From positions 1 to 46,714 of the forward strand of contig JBNGIO010003086.1 of assembly GCA_049999805.1 (NCBI GenBank): a stretch of 46,714 nt of DNA, read 5' to 3'. Under the pieces are notes generated by a model, which did not search any database, was not told the origin of the DNA, and was given only the letters and a program-made list of their open reading frames with translations. Source of the stretch: Folioceros fuciformis (Eukaryota). Below, one piece after another: positions 43,694 through 46,714 of the stretch. Position 1 is the stretch's first letter. Each line of letters starts with the position of its first letter. Position numbers and translations under genes: made by a program.

Positions 43694-46529
43694 TACCATA
43701 CGTGGGATAAAGGAGTATCAGCTTATGGAGGGGTGTGGAGTATCAACTTGTGAAGGGGTGTACTTGGGAATATGGGGTGTATGTGTGAAACTTGTGGAGA
43801 TGTACTTGTGAATTTGGAAGGTACGTGTGAATCTTAGCTAATGAATTTCCTTCTACTTCCCAATCGGACAACATGTTGGCAGACAAAGCGTGTCTCCGAC
43901 GATTATTTATCTCTTTTTGGTTTTCCGCATCAAACTAGCGTTCCATATTCTCCTCAACAAAATGGACGTGCTGAGATTCGAAATAAAATTCTTGTCACTG
44001 CTGCTCGCCAAATGTTATTTCACATGAGTGTGTCTCCTCTGTTTTGGGCTGAGGCTGTTCAAACAGCTGCCTATGTTATGAATCGGGTGGTTTCTGATAT
44101 TTTATGTGGTCAAACTCATGAGGCGTTATGGATTGTGCTTATTCCTTCTTCTTTGGACCTTCGAGTTTTTGGTTGTGTCGCATATTCGCATATTCCCAAA
44201 GAAAAGAGATCTAAGCTAGATCAACGAAGTGTTCAATGTACATTTCTTGGTTATTGTGAGAATTCTTCAGGACATCGTTTGTTTGATCCACAAACACGAT
44301 AGATTATTTTGGGTAGAGATGTTATTTTTTGTGAAAACTTGTCTTGGAAGGATATTATGCAAAATTCTCGTCAATTGTGAATGGAATCAGCTGATGATTT
44401 TGTTTTCCATCAGTTTCCATCTTTACTACCTATATCAGATGATGATTCATATATGTTTGATGAGGTTTTGGATCCTCTTGATGTTCAGCCGGAACATAAT
44501 CCTGTTGTTCATGCTCATTTGAATGCCGTCTCTGGGAATTCCACTGATCATGTTTCAGGTGCTTCTTTATCAATAGCATCATCTCCACGTGACAATCAGC
44601 TTCTGCCTCAAGTTTCTGGTCCTCAAGTACACACACCTCGTCGTTCTGGACATTTACGTACTCCTTCTCGAGGACAACTAGAATCTTTGGAGACACAAGA
44701 TTTTATTGCTCTTCTCTCTGCTCCTTTACCGGAGCCACAATCTTTGGCTAAGGCTCAAGCTTCTTCAGATTGGCCGCTTTGGGAGAAAGCTTTACAAGAT
44801 GAATGAGATTGTTTATTGGAGAATAATATCTGGGATACTGTTTCTCTTCCATCAAGTCGCAAACTAGTTGGTTGCAAATGGGTTCTCAAAATCAAATACA
44901 ATGCTGTTGGGACTATAGAACGTTACAAAGCCCGGTTGGTTGCCAAGGGCTATTCACAAGTTGAGGATGTTGATTACAAGCAGACTTTTTCTCCGGGGGT
45001 CAAACTGCCTTGTATTCGACTTCTTCTTGCTCTTGCTGCCTATTTTGATCTTGAGATGTGTCAAATGGATATTAAGACTGCTTTTCTAAATGGAGATTTA
45101 GATGAAGAGATTTACATGGAACAACCGCCGCCATTTAATGATGCTATGCCATTTAATGATGCTATGCGACGTTCTATATAACCTGGTTTGGTTTGTCGTT
45201 TGCGAAAAAGCATATATGGCTTGAAGCAACCTCCCCGTGCATGGAACTTGATACTACATTCTATTCTTATTGCACATGGTTTTATTCGGAGTTTGGCTGA
45301 TACTAGTCTATATATCTTGTGTCAGCAAGATTCTTATCTTTATATTGGTGTCTATTTTGATGATCTTATTCTTGTCTCTCCTCAACTCCAACTTTTTCAA
45401 TGGGTTTTCTCTTTTCTTTCAACTACTTTTGTTCTGAAGTCTCTTGGTGCCTTGGGTTATTTTCTTGGTGTTTGTCTTGTATGGGACCGATCACGTCATC
45501 TTATGTGGCTTTCTCATGAGAAGTATCTTGAGAATATTTTACAGCACTTTCATATGCAGGATTCTCGTCCTGTTTCTACTCCTCTTGTGCCTTCTTCTTT
45601 ATCCTCTTCCAATCTTGGCAATTTTCCTTTACTTTCTTCTAAGGACATTGAGTCTTATCAAAAGGTTGTTAGCTCTCTCATGTATGCTTCTCTTTCCTCA
45701 CGTCCTGATTTGATCTCTTCTGTCAACATTTTGCGTCGGCACACTAGTCAACCTTCCATGCTTCATTGGCAATGGGCTAAGCGCATTTTACAATAGCTAC
45801 GGGTCTCTTCCAATTATGGTTTATGTTTTGGTGATTCTTTTGTTACAGCGATTGCTTCTTCATGTCTTGTTGGCCATTGCTATTCCGATTGGGTTGGTGA
45901 TAAGCTGACCCAATGTTCTACTTCAAGATATTCTTTTTATGTCTTCAATGCTCTTATCGGCTGGAGTACTAAGTCACAACCTACTGTTGCTCTATCCTCT
46001 ATTGAGGCCGAGTATATGTCTGCTTCTTATGCTACTAAGGAGGCTGTTTGGTTGCGTCTTCAGTTATAAGAACTTGGTCATCCTGAAATGCTGCCTACTC
46101 CTTTATATATTGATAGTCAAAGCAATGTTAAGGTAGCACAAAATCCGGAATTTCATCAACGTATGAAACATATTGATATTCGTATGAAACATATTGATAT
46201 TCAACATCATTATATTCGTGAAAAAGTGGAAGAAGGAGTCATTAATCTTCAATATATACCAGCAACTTCCATGATTGGAGATGGGTTTACTAAGATCCTT
46301 CCTACAACCAAGTTTAATCAATTTGTGCAATCTTTGAGGGTGGTCTCTGTGCCTAATTCTTCATCTTCTTCTGTAGCTCAGGCTAGTGATGCAGATGTTT
46401 CATGTGTTTTGTTGCCCTTGTGAAAGCCTCTAAGCATGGCTTTTTCCTCTTGATAGATTTTTCCCCCAAGGTTTTTTTGCTATCCTTGAGGTTTTTTACT
46501 GTCGCTTAAAGTGGTCCCTTGCTTAGTTT

Positions 46530-46541
46530 AAGGGGAGGGAA
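46530..46541 (+). other. Polypurine tract of the copia element
   Basis: aaggggagggaa immediately before TG at 46542. Confidence 0.8.
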
Positions 46542-46714
46542 TGTTAGGAATAGTAGATTCTGTTATAGTTTGTGATGTTAGTGGTTATTAATATTATAGG
46601 GCTTATGGCAAGTCTCAAGGGTTTGTGGACTAGACTGTAGTACTATAATAGTATAGCGGACTCTCCAAGGGTATATAAAGGGCCTCCTCTAAGGTTGGAG
46701 TATCTCCTAGGGTA
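46542..46714 (+). repeat. 3' LTR (partial, runs off the window)
   Basis: Begins TGTTAG right after the PPT and contains TATATAAAG at ~46672. Confidence 0.75.

Larger units (their letters stand above)
36354..43710. mobile_element. Degenerate large DNA-transposon-like region carrying a ParB-like/DNA amino-methyltransferase gene; termini not resolved
   Basis: Contains a divergent transposase-like relic, a zinc-finger-like ORF and ParB+MTase coding remnants with many stops and frameshifts. Short direct and inverted repeats lie at both flanks. No TIR pair or TSD could be confirmed. Confidence 0.55.
43841..46714 (+). mobile_element. Ty1/copia LTR retrotransposon, 5'-truncated and degenerate (integrase C-terminus, RT, RNase H, PPT, start of 3' LTR)
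   Basis: Integrase SVPYSPQQNGRAE..FWAEAVQTAAYVMNR..LRVFGCVAYSHIPKEKRSKLD. RT GCKWVLKIK..RYKARLVAKGYSQ, QMDIKTAFLNGDLDEEIYMEQP, LRKSIYGLKQ, YFDDLI. RNase H KHIDIQHHYIREKV..MIGDGFTK. Order INT-RT-RH; multiple stops and frameshifts. Confidence 0.95.

Overview
Gene-dense land-plant nuclear DNA with short spliceosomal introns. The PPR types and compact layout suggest a seed-free plant, most likely a hornwort such as Anthoceros (inference). From left to right the window holds: a 5'-truncated BIM-type bHLH gene; a sucrose-synthase pseudogene fragment; an apparently intact CC/RPW8-like NB-LRR immune receptor; three intronless PLS-class PPR RNA-editing-factor genes that stop after a WW-type PG box with no DYW deaminase, with B-lectin and PPR relics between them; an FKBP62/ROF1-type immunophilin; RPS9; and three laccase copies (intact, pseudogene, relic). 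Next is a ~7 kb degenerate transposon-like region. It contains a Cys-rich transposase-like relic and, on the opposite strand, a spliced gene joining a ParB/Srx-like domain to a prokaryote-type beta-class N6-adenine/N4-cytosine DNA methyltransferase, with a recurring GC-rich palindrome. This ParB-methyltransferase module is the strongest candidate for an undescribed system, although this copy is pseudogenised. The window ends in a 5'-truncated Ty1/copia element with its PPT and the start of the 3' LTR. All calls come from manual motif reading; no database searches were run.
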